Shown here in pieces: positions 11,501 through 24,540 of a DNA stretch of 32,738 bases. Every line of letters starts with the position of its first letter. The stretch's first letter is position 1. The notes under the pieces are model-generated. The model ran no database searches. It was not told where the DNA came from and saw only the letters and a list, made by a program, of their open reading frames with translations. Location: positions 95,051,404-95,084,141 of the forward strand of contig NC_068987.1 in the NCBI RefSeq assembly GCF_001194135.2, read 5' to 3'. The position numbers were made by a program, and so were the translations under genes. The DNA comes from Octopus bimaculoides (taxonomy: Eukaryota).

Positions 11501-11704
11501 AGTGAATAGTTAGATAAATATTTTGGAAGTAGACAGCTAAATTGAAAATGTCGACAGGTTACGCGGCTCTGAATGATGCAAATCTCACAAGATGAAATTC
11601 TATAGCGAATTTCTCATAAACAGTAAAAGTGTTCCAATAAAAAGCAATTTCTAGATAAAAAGAATAGGGAGACATAAAACATGAGTCAACACAAACAATA
11701 ACAA

Positions 11705-11786
<82 letters not shown>

Positions 11787-11810
11787 GAGGAGGAGGAGGA
11801 GGAGGAGGAT
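11705..11810. repeat. Compound trinucleotide (TAC)n(TAA)n(GAG)n
   Basis: Seen directly. Confidence 0.95.
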
Positions 11811-11974
11811 AACGGCAGTAATATTATTACAAATGATATCAATAACAAGAATGGAAACAATAAAATATAAATATAAATAATATGATTAATGTTGGTAATA
11901 AAACAAATAATGATGTGTGTTGTATGAATATAATATCAACAAGGTTGATAGTGCTCTTTTCTGTATTTAATGTA

Positions 11975-11977
<3 letters not shown>

Positions 11978-12037
<60 letters not shown>

Positions 12038-12070
12038 CATCGTCGTCATCATCATCATCATCACTATCAT
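11978..12070. repeat. Compound trinucleotide (TAT)n(CAT)n
   Basis: Seen directly. Confidence 0.95.
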
Positions 12071-12345
12071 CCTCTTTCAATTCTATTTCCATTTCTTGCC
12101 GAGTGCCTTCCTGACATCTAGGGCAGAGAAACTCAATGTATACATTGGTAGGCCTTTAAAATAAACACACCAGATTGTTCATTTATAAAGTTGTGTTATA
12201 AAGAAAAGGGGTAAGAAAGACAGAGAAAAACGAAAAATGAAGAAAAAAGGTAAGCAAAGAAAATAAAGGGGAAAAGGGAAAGAAAATTCACAGCTACGAT
12301 GCTCAGTACGCGTGAGGTACCAGTTAAGACAATCTTTTGCACTTC

Positions 12346-13310
12346 CATGGTTTCGCTCCCGTTTTCAGAGGCAGGATCATTGCAATGTAAAACGACATCT
12401 GTTAGGTGCTCAAAGTTAATGGCCACCTTTTGGAATCGTTTAGCATCGCGCGTTCGGTTCGTCAAGGATGCCCAATCACGCCCGCTCTGTATGCGCTGGC
12501 TCTCGAGTCATTACTGCTGGATGTTTCGAAAGGCATCCTACGTGAACTAGGATGCGGAGTTTTCGTGTCGGCATATGAAGTGTCAGACGTCTCGGATATC
12601 GGGGCGGTTGGCACTCCAGTAAAGGAATATGTAGCGGTGAGAGGAGTAATCATTAACCAGAAGTCAATGGACCTGCAGCTCGGCACTTGGAGAGGCAGGC
12701 CCATACCGAATGATAGTGTCGTTGGACGCTGGACGGAATGTTAAACTGTTTGGCGTCTGGTGGGTTCTAGATCGCTAAGTGTACAAGAACTGGGAAGAGG
12801 TTACAAGCAGAGTGGCCAATCTCACCCAGAAATAGGGTGAGAGAAAGCTGTCCCTGAAGGGTCGGGTGGAGATGGCAAATGCGTACATCGCATCTGTCAT
12901 CTATTACCACCTGACCGTTGTTCCTTACCCTGCATCCTGGTTAATTAAGCTGGAGTGCTTGCTCTTCTACTTTCCGCTTTGTCAGAAGGTCCATTTGTTG
13001 TCAGCATTTGTTGGGATGCCATGGTTAATGATGCGCAGGCAAGCGCTGAGGTTGCATCATCTCCAGCGAACAGGTGTGGTCACAGTTTGTTAAACGCGCT
13101 TTCCCGCTGCTCTCATATATCAAGACAGGGCGGTTGGCACTTAGAGTGTCTCCAAGCGCTCCCAGCTTTCAGTCAGTCAGGCAATGCAGTAGGTGGAAGC
13201 TCCACCATGGAGTACTATAGGGGATTAGTGGAGAGCAACAGCCACGAAGTTCTGGGGGAATCTCTAGCTATTGCAGATGCGCAGTTGGCTGGTCTATTCC
13301 GGAGAAGGTT
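12346..13310 (+). pseudogene. L1/Tx1-like LINE reverse transcriptase fragment
   Basis: GFAPVFRGRIIAM*NDIC*VLKVNGHLLESFSIARSVRQGCPITPALYALALESLL (RT motif RQGCPLSP), then VSAY (YADD motif decayed) and EMANAYIASVIYYHLTVVP. Several stops and frameshifts. Confidence 0.8.
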
Positions 13311-14620
13311 CTAACTTTGGCGATGTACTACGGTGCCAGCTGTTCACTAACAGTGAACTAAGGCAACACCAATTATTTGTCGAGCACCATCAGGAGTATT
13401 CGAGCGGTTCCAAGCAGTGTTGTTTTCTCCAAGTGCTCCATGCTTAATGGAGCTCATATTTGTTCCATGTACTTCTCAAGATTTTTACTCATTGTTCCCA
13501 GGGACCCGACAATTATTGGTGCTACTACCATCTTTTTCATCGACTACAACTGCTTTCTCTCCCAAGCTAACCTGTCATATCTATCGACTTTTCTTTCTTC
13601 CTTACCGCATATCTTGTTGTCAGCTGGGCATGCTATATCTATGATCCAGTATAGTTTACTTTCTTTCTCAATTAACACTATGTCTGGCTTCCTATTCTCT
13701 ATCTCATAGTCGCACTGAATCATAAAATCCCCATAGGATCTTTGCATTATCATTTTCGATGATAACTTCGAGTTTATGTTCGTACCACTTTTTTGCTCTC
13801 TCAAGTCCATACATGTTGCAAAGTGTCTAATGGACAATCCTTGCTATATTGTCATGACATCTCATATTCTTTCTGGGCTAGTGGCGTAGATTGAATGGTA
13901 ATATATCATACGGTTTCAACATTTTGTCCATAAATTCTGTACTCATCAGTTTCTGATGTGTTGTCTATTCTGTATTTGATGTAATTCGTTCTTAGAGCTC
14001 TTGAGCAGCACAGATCAGAGCCTCCGTTTCCAGTTTTAAATCACTTTTAGTCATCCACAGCCATCTTCTTTCTCTGTCTGTCTTATCTTCAACGTCCTTA
14101 TGAAATTATCCATGCATTCTTTTCTTTACCCACCTATTTTCAGTTTCATTCGTTTTCAATTTCTTGTACAGTGCTTTGTCTTTGCAATTTTTCATCTTAC
14201 ACAAGCCTGACCTTCTTACTTCTAATAATAACGATTCTGTGGCATTTTTTACATACCATGCTATGTTGCTTTCTTCTTTAATGTGTGTTCGCATCCAATC
14301 ATTTCTCTTCCCGCTCTTTTTCTTGATATAGACTGTCTGTCTGTAATTTTTTAGGTGGAGTATCCCATATCTAGTAAGAAAATTCCTTTTCTTTCTGTCT
14401 AAGCTGTTTAGTCCATTTACTGTCCATGCGATTACCCCTACTCCGTATCTAAGGAGAGAAACCGCCCAGGTGTTGATAGCTTCAATCTTATTCCGTCCGT
14501 TTAATTTCGATTTAGGGATCAGTCTCAGTCTGCACAAGTACTCCACCTTAAATTTTTCTGTCATTTCTTTCTCCATCAATTTAACCATTTCCCGAATCCC
14601 CAAGTACTTATAGCCTGTCT
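13311..14620 (-). mobile_element. 5'-truncated R4/Dong-clade non-LTR retrotransposon (RT C-terminus, decayed CCHC, RLE endonuclease, 3' UTR)
   Basis: YKYLGI..EYLCRLRLIPKSKLNGRNKIEAINTWAVSLLRYG..; KLETEALICAAQ..LRTNYIKYRID; RKPDIVLIEKESKLYWIIDIACP (PD..D restriction-like endonuclease); LGTARILLMVLDK*. Confidence 0.9.
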
Positions 14621-14624
14621 ATTC

Positions 14625-14679
<55 letters not shown>
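14625..14679. repeat. (ATT)n/(TAA)n microsatellite between the Dong and Chapaev3 fragments
   Basis: Seen directly. Confidence 0.95.
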
Positions 14680-16034
14680 GCAGAGAAATCACCTTTAAAT
14701 CACCACAAATATTCCACTTGTAAACTGAGCAATTAACTCCTTTCAGAAAGAGTCCCATCGATTTATAAGTTTGTTCCATACCGGCAACATGACCTACAGG
14801 AATGGAAGGTTTTTCACTACCATTTTGAGACAACACAGCTCTGAAGCTAACCTTACTCGAGTCTATAAACCATCTTCATTCGTTAGCTACGTGTTCTAGT
14901 TTTTGCATGAGTGCATTACCGTCAGTACTGAAAAAGAGCATTATTTTTTTGCTTAATAAAGACAGGTAAGCCTTTATGGCGAGAACAGAAAATGGAAGTT
15001 TTCGTATCTTGTTGTTGGAGCTTCCGTTGTTGTAGTTTGGATCCCAAAACTTCTACCCTCTCCTTTGACAATGCTAGGCCTCTCACTAAATCATTCAAAT
15101 CTTCTTGATTAAACTAACTTGGTTCATTTTTTTTAGACTCACCAAAGTACTCTTCGTCGATAGGAGAGTCAGGGAGTTCATCGTGCGACGTGTCAAGATT
15201 TTCAAGTGAAACATGTGAGAGGGGAACTGTGACAGTGTTCTCGAAGCCATGTGGGACTGGTCTTAGAGCCGACTTACAATCTACATACACAATTTTTGCC
15301 TTGGGCTTCTTTGAGAAACCAATTAATATTAGTCGCGCAAAAGTAACAATCAAAGACATTATTGGTTGGTTCACACCGTACCATTGGTACATCAAAAGGT
15401 ATTCCCTTCCGTTTTCCATTCAGCCACTATGTAATCCCCGAGTAACACACCGTGCAGCATATATGAGGTGCCCACCTCTTGTCTTGGTCCCCAACTTTAC
15501 ACCCAAATAAGGTTTATAGGCAATTTTTAATTTGGTGGCATTGTTCCTCCGCTGGTCATGAGAAGCAAATTTTCCACAGATATAACAAAAGTCATCTGGG
15601 TGATTCACACAGCTTCTCCTATTTATGATCTAACACAATGAAAACAGTTGAAATAGTAACCACGCAGAGCGAGAGACACACACACCACACGTGACGGCAG
15701 CGCAAACGACACTGAGAGTGACCAAGAACAGACTGATGCATTTGGCATTGCACACAATACGTCAGCACCATCTATTGCTAAACTAAATAATGAACTTTCT
15801 CATCGTTTGTTTCATTGCTGTTATTTCTTTAATTTTGAATTAAGACTGCTTTCGTTTTAGCAAGTTTTATAATACGGCCTATATCTAGCCGAAAGTATAG
15901 TTACGTTGTGCATGCGCATAACTCAAAATCTTGACGTACTGGAACAATTCTGAGTCCGGATACGGAATCAGCATCCTCGATTTAGTCTAAAACACCTACT
16001 TTTACCCCAATAGCAAAATCTTTGTTGTCCAGTG
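14680..16034 (-). mobile_element. Chapaev3-type (CMC superfamily) DNA transposon, 5' half
   Basis: Terminus TAA|CACTGGACAACAAAG (CAC end, TWA-type flank). Decayed ORF from ~15626: RRSCVNHPDDFCYICGKF..GCKVGDQDKRWAPHICCTVC..VPMVRCEPTNNVFDCYFC..FNQEDLNDLVRGLALSKE..RWFIDSSKVSFRAVLSQNG..WNICGDLKVISL, cut at the (TAA)n tract. Confidence 0.85.
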
Positions 16035-16077
16035 TTATGAAAGTCTCGACCCCTAACATTTCTGACTTCGAATGCTC

Positions 16078-16225
16078 CAGGAAGCGGTGCAGCTTCCTAC
16101 GTCTAACCAACAGTAGTATTATTCCCTTCAAGGGACTGTCACATTAAGTTGACAGCATACAACTATATATATATTTTTTGTTTTTCTTCTTTTCGATTCA
16201 CTCCATCCCCTAACATTTCTGACTT
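16078..16225 (+). repeat. ~148-bp near-identical direct copy of 16588-16734 (MITE right end plus flank), bracketed by a 30-bp direct repeat at 16050-16079 and 16207-16236
   Basis: By eye the copies differ only in the TA/T run. Confidence 0.9.
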
Positions 16226-16339
16226 CGAATGCTCCAAATTCTTCCTATTTAAAATTTTAGGGGATAATATATTTTTTTTAGAAATGATACATTTCTAAAT
16301 CTCTCAGAGAGATTTATGCAGTAGTGATACGATGAAGTA

Positions 16340-16673
16340 GTTGTATGCTGTCAACTTAATATGACAGTCCCCTGAAGGGAATAATACTATTGTTTGTTAG
16401 ACCTAGGAAGCTGCACCGCTTCCTGTCGGCCTTGACACATTTCCTGTGTCCGTATGTTTACAAGGGGGAGACTAGCAGGTCATACTACTCCAGACTGATA
16501 AAAAAAATCTGGATGCAGGCTTAGCTGAGTGGAGGTGCTTGTCTCCCCCTTGTAAACATAAGGACATCGGAAATGTGTCAAGGCCGACAGGAAGCGGTGC
16601 AGCTTCCTACGTCTAACCAACAGTAGTATTATTCCCTTCAAGGGACTGTCACATTAAGTTGACAGCATACAAC
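16340..16673. mobile_element. 334-bp MITE with ~138-bp TIRs and TA target-site duplication
   Basis: ta|GTTGTATGCTGTCAAC... ...GTTGACAGCATACAAC|ta. Arms 16340-16477 and 16536-16673 are reverse-complementary at roughly 90% identity; no ORF. Confidence 0.9.
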
Positions 16674-17149
16674 TATATATATTTTTTTGTTTTTCTTCTT
16701 TTCGATTCACTCCATCCCCTAACATTTCTGACTTTGAAACAAAAGTTGAAACTATTATTTTTATTGTGTTTGTAATTGAAAGACAACAATTTGGAGCTCG
16801 TAAGTTGTGATTGAATGTCGTTATTTTTAAAGGAAGTCATTTTTTACTTTTACCATTTTGTCATTACGTCAACCAGCATACTCTCTGCTTATTTGGCTTT
16901 GCAAATTGTTTTTCCCCTCTGCGGCGGATTTTACAGATTTTAATAGCGAATTTACATAAAAAAATTATGGCTTCTCAAATCCAGGGAGGTAGCAATCAGC
17001 TGGTCCAACGGCCACTAAATTATCAATTTGCCACGACAACCTATTAACAGAATGTACAAAAAAAAAAACGATAGCAATGTTAATAAAAACAACAATAACA
17101 AAACGAAAACAACAGAAAAGAAAAGAGATGTGAAAGTAGCACAACTACT

Positions 17150-18700
17150 AATGTTGATGAAAACAGCAATAACAGCAACAAGCACGAAAGGCAGAAATAA
17201 AAACCAACTTGTCAGTTTAACACGCCTGAAGATCCGACTTACACCCTCCAACATCACCATTGCTATCACCACTGTCAAGAGTAACACAGATAATAATCAA
17301 GACATCAGAATTAAAAATTCCACAGATACCCTGTTCATAAACTTGGTGTGACAAGAAGTAATGAAATTTGCGTGTGAAGAATTAAGGATATGTCAAAAAC
17401 CTCCCTACGAGGTCTGGATAAAACTTTGAATTAAATAAAGCCCAATCCATCCGGTAAGAAACGAATCTGATAACTGTAACTTGTAAAACGATAAGAATAA
17501 ACAGCCGAAAAATAACGCAAATAACAACAGCACATAGAAAAATGCCTCCAACTAACTTGGTCAGCAAAATGTACGTTGCTTGGGAAAAATACAACACGGT
17601 AGGTAGAAGTGAGATTTTCAACAGATGGGGCCAGGAAGCACTCCATAACAACATTAAAATATAACGTACAGGTTGAGTAATAAGAGTAAAAGGTGTCCAT
17701 TGGTCATGGAAGTAAACAATTGCTGGTTATTGATGGTGGTCCCTTTCGACATAGAAATCAAAACGAAAATGCTTCTGGTTCAGAGGCTGTAGAAAAAAAA
17801 AAAACATCGGGTATAACTGTTGATCCAAATGAGATCGAGAAGTGCGGAGGCCATCCCTGACATGATTAATCTGTCAGACGGCACAAAGGCATATGTGTAA
17901 CCGTTAAAGGCTAAAGGCGGATGTGTTAGTTTCGTGGTGATATAAACATCATAAGGGTTTCTGTCCATAGCAAAGAAAGGATAGAATGCCACTATTTTTG
18001 GGGACAACTTCATCACTGCAGCAACACGACCACTAGCAACAGTAACAGCAGCACCAGCTAAAAGACTTAAAAGCAGCTTGTACATCAACTAGGCCAGCAA
18101 ACATTATACTGTCATCGACGACCACCCCATCACAAAGGACAGCTAAGACAACTGCAACAGAATCCGATAACAGCATCGATTATATCAAGAGAGCAATTCT
18201 GCAGATCTTCAAAGACATGTTTCTCCCCAGCTCACATCTCAGATACGTACGGTCTATGTGATGGTGAGGTCCCTAAATAGCAAACAGTAAGAAATGGTTT
18301 AGAAAATAAAGAAATAACGAAGCAAAAATATTCCAAAAGAATGTGGGAGGTACGAACATGTGGGAGAAGAGCCTTCGATACATCATTATCACCCTCAACA
18401 GAATCTACGCCAGTTTTATCAACATCATTATCTTCATCACCTTCACCACAACCGTATATCACAGACACAACACTCACAAGCACAATGAAATACACACACT
18501 CTAGCGGTCAGAACACATTGCCCCGACACGCATTAAAACAGAAATTCATCAACTGTACAGCCATAAAGACAAACAATGAAGACAAACTTGGTCTCATATA
18601 CCAGTATACAAGCATTAAACACATTACACCACGAACGGGATTCAAATAACGCAACTCGACACTCAGGACTTTGGTATCCAGCAATATCGTACGTCGCTGG
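17150..18700 (+). pseudogene. Probable decayed ORF1 (gag-like, CCHC knuckle) of an L1/Tx1-like LINE
   Basis: Across frameshifts: EAIPDMINLSDGTKAYVTVKG*RRMC*FRGDI(N/K)HHKGFCP at ~17850-17967 has CX2CX4HX4C spacing with one C to R, followed by a Ser/Thr-rich linker. Boundaries are uncertain. Confidence 0.4.
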
Positions 18701-18802
18701 ATGAATGTAGTACCGGTTAAATTTCTCTGGTCCAGAACTCTAGGCAGAGAAGAAATGAGACGCGGTGACGAGTAAAGGAGCTTATCTCGTCCAGGTTTAG
18801 GA

Positions 18803-18832
18803 TTTCTTTCTTTCTTTCATTCTTTCTTTCCT

Positions 18833-18864
<32 letters not shown>
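18803..18864. repeat. (TTTC)n tetranucleotide repeat
   Basis: Seen directly. Confidence 0.95.
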
Positions 18865-19194
18865 ACAATCATTGCCGCTGTTGTTATTATTGATTGCAAT
18901 AACACGGAAAGCTACAAGTTTAATTTCAATGTTATGGCGGGTAACAAAGTTAGAGAAGAGGCAGAGGGCGCAGCTGCAGTGTTTTATAGAGTTATGTCAC
19001 GTGATGTTCTGAATTAAATCCCCACCACCCTCTAAATTACTTTCCACCTTCATTTTTCCTGATATTTAATCAAATAAGTGCTACGGTCATTATATTCCCC
19101 ATACATACCCGATCGTAAGACGTTTGTCCTTCAAACTAGATTAGAAATTCGTGGTATCTGTCTGCTAGAGTAATAACAGCAGTTTCATTATTCA

Positions 19195-19431
19195 CGTATG
19201 TATGTATGTATGTATGTATGCGAGCATGCATTTATGTATGTGTATGCATGCATGGATGCATACATGCAAGTAAATACATTTATGTATGTATGTATGAATG
19301 TTCGTATGCATGTATGCAATCATGCTTTTATGTATGTATACATGTCAGTACATATGTAGGAGATTATACAAAAAATAACAACAGACGAGGACAGGTGGTG
19401 TAAATAACAAAAGTATATATGTGCATATATG

Positions 19432-19483
<52 letters not shown>

Positions 19484-19560
19484 CACATATATGTATATTT
19501 ATGTATGCATGTTTTTCAGTATGCATCTATATACGTAAATGTGTTCGTAATTTGCATGTA
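19195..19560. repeat. (TATG)n / (TA)n degenerate microsatellite field
   Basis: Seen directly. Confidence 0.9.
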
Positions 19561-19840
19561 AGCATGTGTTTGTCTTTTACTATCTTTTCCTCGATTCTTC
19601 GTTTCCCTGTATATTTTTATTCAAGTTTTCTTGGCAAAACAACTAAAATGGCTGTTATTTTTGTTGTTGCTATTGTTATTGTTGTTGTTTTTGGTTTCTA
19701 TTTCAACAAATTCTCCAACATTCTCCAGCACCTGAGCAATTTTGTTTGCATTAAACGTGTTGCTAAAATGGAATAGAAAATCATTATTTGAATGATAGAG
19801 AAGAAAAGATGTGAGAAAGAAGGGGGCGTAACAAAGGTGA

Positions 19841-20016
19841 GAAAGAAGAAGGAGGAGGAGGAGGAGGAGGAGAATAAAAATATGATGATCATGATGATGA
19901 TGACGACGACGACGACCACGGCAACGAAAAGCGAAGAAGAAGAAGAAGAAGAAGAAGAAGAAGAAGAAGAAGAAGAAGAAGAAGAAGAAGAAGAAGAAGA
20001 AGAAGAAGAAGAAGAA
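19841..20016. repeat. (GAG)n(ATG)n(ACG)n followed by pure (GAA)28
   Basis: GAA run at 19933-20016 seen directly. Confidence 0.95.
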
Positions 20017-20171
20017 ACGTGATGGAGATAAGAGGAGCAGAGAAAGAGGGAGAGGGTGAAGGAGTGAAAATCCGCAGAAAGCAGGTGGTTAACAAATGAT
20101 TTTTATCTGAGTAAAAAGGATGGACTTTTGATATCGAATTAGTGTAGAAGCAATAAGAACAAGAACCACCA

Positions 20172-20187
20172 CCACTACTACTACTAT

Positions 20188-20223
<36 letters not shown>
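20172..20223. repeat. (ACT)n microsatellite
   Basis: Seen directly. Confidence 0.95.
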
Positions 20224-20477
20224 AGAACCTGCTACTGATGTTGATGTTGTTGTTTGTAATGATAATTTCAAAACGCAAGGTGACGTATATATATANNNNN
20301 NNNNNNNNNNNNNNNNNNNNNNNNNNNNNNNNNNNNNNNNNNNNNNNNNNNNNNNNNNNNNNNNNNNNNNNNNNNNNNNNNNNNNNNNNNNNNNNNNNNN
20401 NNNNNNNNNNNNNNNNNNNNNNNNNNNNNNNNNNNNNNNNNNNNNNNNNNNNNNNNNNNNNNNNNNNNNNNNNNNNN

Positions 20478-20758
20478 TGGGATATAGAATATGGAATATA
20501 CAATACATAATATAATATACAATATATAATATAAAATAAAAATGGATGGTACAATGAAATAAAGTATTGAATGTCTTATTGAATATATGGAATATGTCTT
20601 ATTGAATAGAACACTCAATATTTCATCTATTCAATAAGACATATTCCATATATTCAATAAGACATTCAATACTTTATTTCATTGTACCGTCCATTTTAAT
20701 TTTATATTATATATTGTATATTATATTATGTATTGTATATTCCATATTCTATATCCCA
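20478..20758. repeat. Near-perfect AT-rich fold-back: 133-bp arms, 15-nt loop
   Basis: 20478-20610 versus 20626-20758 are reverse complements with 2 mismatches seen. The left arm starts at a gap edge. Confidence 0.9.
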
Positions 20759-21504
20759 CATTGGTTTTGCAGGAATATAAATAAAACATAAAAAACAGAC
20801 AGTGTTGGAACTCTTTTAAACAAAATAATATACATATATATATACACAGTGTGAGTAATGTATAAAATGAATGATTTATACGAAGCTACAACAATGTAAT
20901 TAAGAAAGGTTTCAAGTAAAAGTAGAAAACTGCGATGGGAATGAGAACCGACGAAGCCAGGAAGCATCAAGATGGACGTTGACGACGGCTTTGACAATCT
21001 TCCGCATCGATTACTTATTACAAGCTGAGGTCTTGAAGTGTGTTCGTGGGTAGCTTCAATCTCCGTTGATATTGTAAATAATCCTACATACTCTGTGTAA
21101 GAATTCCCGATTGTACGTCTTTACATGGAAACAGAATAGATATATGCTTAAGTACATGCATGCTTACATACACACATACATAGATACATACACTCACATA
21201 CGGAGAGAGACAAACTTTTGTTGCTGTTGTTGCTCCAGAAAGTTGACATTAAGTACAAAGTCACACGTTTTACGATCATTAGTGTAAAGGGATTATAATG
21301 ACTCTTTCACCTAACTGATAATTATTTTATTGATCCCAGGGAAAACGATAGCAAAAGATAATTTAGATCTTGGCGGGACTCAATTTATAAATAAAATAAT
21401 ATTGTTAAATACTCCAAAAAACATTCAGTTCAGCCTTCAGCAAGTTTTCTCACTATAAAACTGTTAATAACAATGGTATGTAGTTCGGTAGCCTATTGAT
21501 CCAT

Positions 21505-21636
21505 GCTATTACAAAGATTATCAAGAAGGTTTTAAGTACTTGAAAGACTATTGACAGCTTGTGGATACCTAAGGTTACAGGTGGTGAACCGCTACCCACA
21601 TAAACTTTACGAGGAATAAGAAAGAAACTGAGCCAT

Positions 21637-21693
<57 letters not shown>

Positions 21694-21694
21694 G

Positions 21695-21733
<39 letters not shown>
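21505..21733 (+). mobile_element. Short 3' end of an R4/Dong-like LINE with (ATC)n(AAT)n tail
   Basis: 21505-21635 aligns to 24385-24515 (aaggattatcag..ttgaaagact..ttgtggatac.taa.gtta..acccacataaa..ggaataaga..ctgagcca), then simple-repeat tail 21637-21733. Confidence 0.75.
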
Positions 21734-21830
21734 TTAATGATATCGCTTATTTGCCAGCAAGGCGAAGGATGAGGGGGACACTACAAAGACAAATAGCAAG
21801 TGTTAGGGCTTACATATAATTAAATGATAG
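21734..21830 (-). mobile_element. Putative retroposon 3' tail
   Basis: Minus strand gtccccctc..gccttgctggcaaataa then a (TAT)n run resembles 32340-32400 (gtccactc..gccctgtgtggctaataaa). Family unassigned. Confidence 0.3.
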
Positions 21831-21944
21831 GAAAAAGAAAGATAAGTATGCACATTATAAATAAATTGGACAGGAAGTAACATGTACATAATATACAAAG
21901 TTTACAAAAAGGATGGGTGGGGGCTGATAGAGACGAAGCCCTCA

Positions 21945-22513
21945 TGATACAGGAGGAACTCTAAGGATAATCGAGGAACCCTACTGTCCAAGATTTCCCC
22001 GAACACCAAGGATCAACACCTGGTGCACAAAAATGTAGTTAGAGACTGCAAGAAGAGGAAAACTAACTTAGCCATGTCATGGATCGATTATCGTAAGGCG
22101 TACGTATGATCCCACATTCTTGGATTATGGAGTGTATAAACCTATTTGGTATTGTATCGAAGTCTGGCAAATTGGAGGACGGACCTGACAGCATACGGAA
22201 GAAGTTTAGGGACAATAGAAATTAGGGGAAGCATCTTCCAAGGGCACTGCCTGTCCCCACTGATCTTTGTACTGAGATACAGAGTTGGAGTTATAGACTG
22301 GATCAGAAACGATATAAAGGAACTTGACAGAACTAGGAAGTTATTGACGATGTATGGAGCCCACCATCTGAAAGCTGATATTAACCGGCTGTACTTGAGG
22401 AGAGAGCAAGGTGGAAGAGGCTTAATAGCAGTAGAAGAATGTGTACAGGTAGAAAGCAAAAGTCTAGTAGAGTATTTACAAAGCAGCACAGAAAAACTAC
22501 GAAAGGCAGTTAA
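21945..22513 (+). pseudogene. R4/Dong-clade RT fragment with internal deletion
   Basis: VRDCKKRKTNLAMSWIDYRKAY..PHSWIMECI..; GSIFQGHCLSPLIFVL is joined directly to RYRVGVIDW..LDRTRKLLTMYGAHHLKADINRLYLRREQGGRGL, so the YxDD/KYLG block is missing. Confidence 0.85.
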
Positions 22514-24249
<1,736 letters not shown>

Positions 24250-24540
24250 TTGAAAATGGAGCATAAGACAGTAAAGGCCACGCCTATAATAATTGGGAAC
24301 AGCAAGCTAAGATATAGACAAATGGCTGAAGGAGATTGAAGACAGAATGCCTGGTAGAGCTCCTACAGGAAGTTTGTCCCTAAGTGTCAGCAAGGATTAT
24401 CAGGAGGGTTCTAAGCCCTTGAAAGACTGCCGAAAACTTGTGGATACTTAAAGTTATGGGTAGTAACCGGCAACCCACATAAATCCTATCAGGAATAAGA
24501 TCAAACCTGAGCCAAACCAAAATAATAAGAAGAATAATGA
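24250..24540 (+). mobile_element. 3' end of the R4/Dong element interrupted by piggyBac
   Basis: KTVKATPIIIG..IDKWLKEI..CLVELLQ..ARIIRRVLS, then a 3' UTR homologous to 21505-21635 and a degenerate (AAT)n tail. Confidence 0.75.

Noticed and set aside
16050-16236. 30-bp direct repeats as a CRISPR-like array
   Set aside because: Only two full copies, a 127-bp spacer made of MITE sequence, eukaryotic context and no cas genes.
19792-20022. Poly-Glu / poly-Met / poly-Tyr ORFs (also 11651-12121, 21453-21692)
   Set aside because: Trinucleotide repeats with no flanking domain or splice support.
20749-21122. ~125-codon minus-strand open stretch
   Set aside because: No start codon context, motif or splice support; expected by chance.
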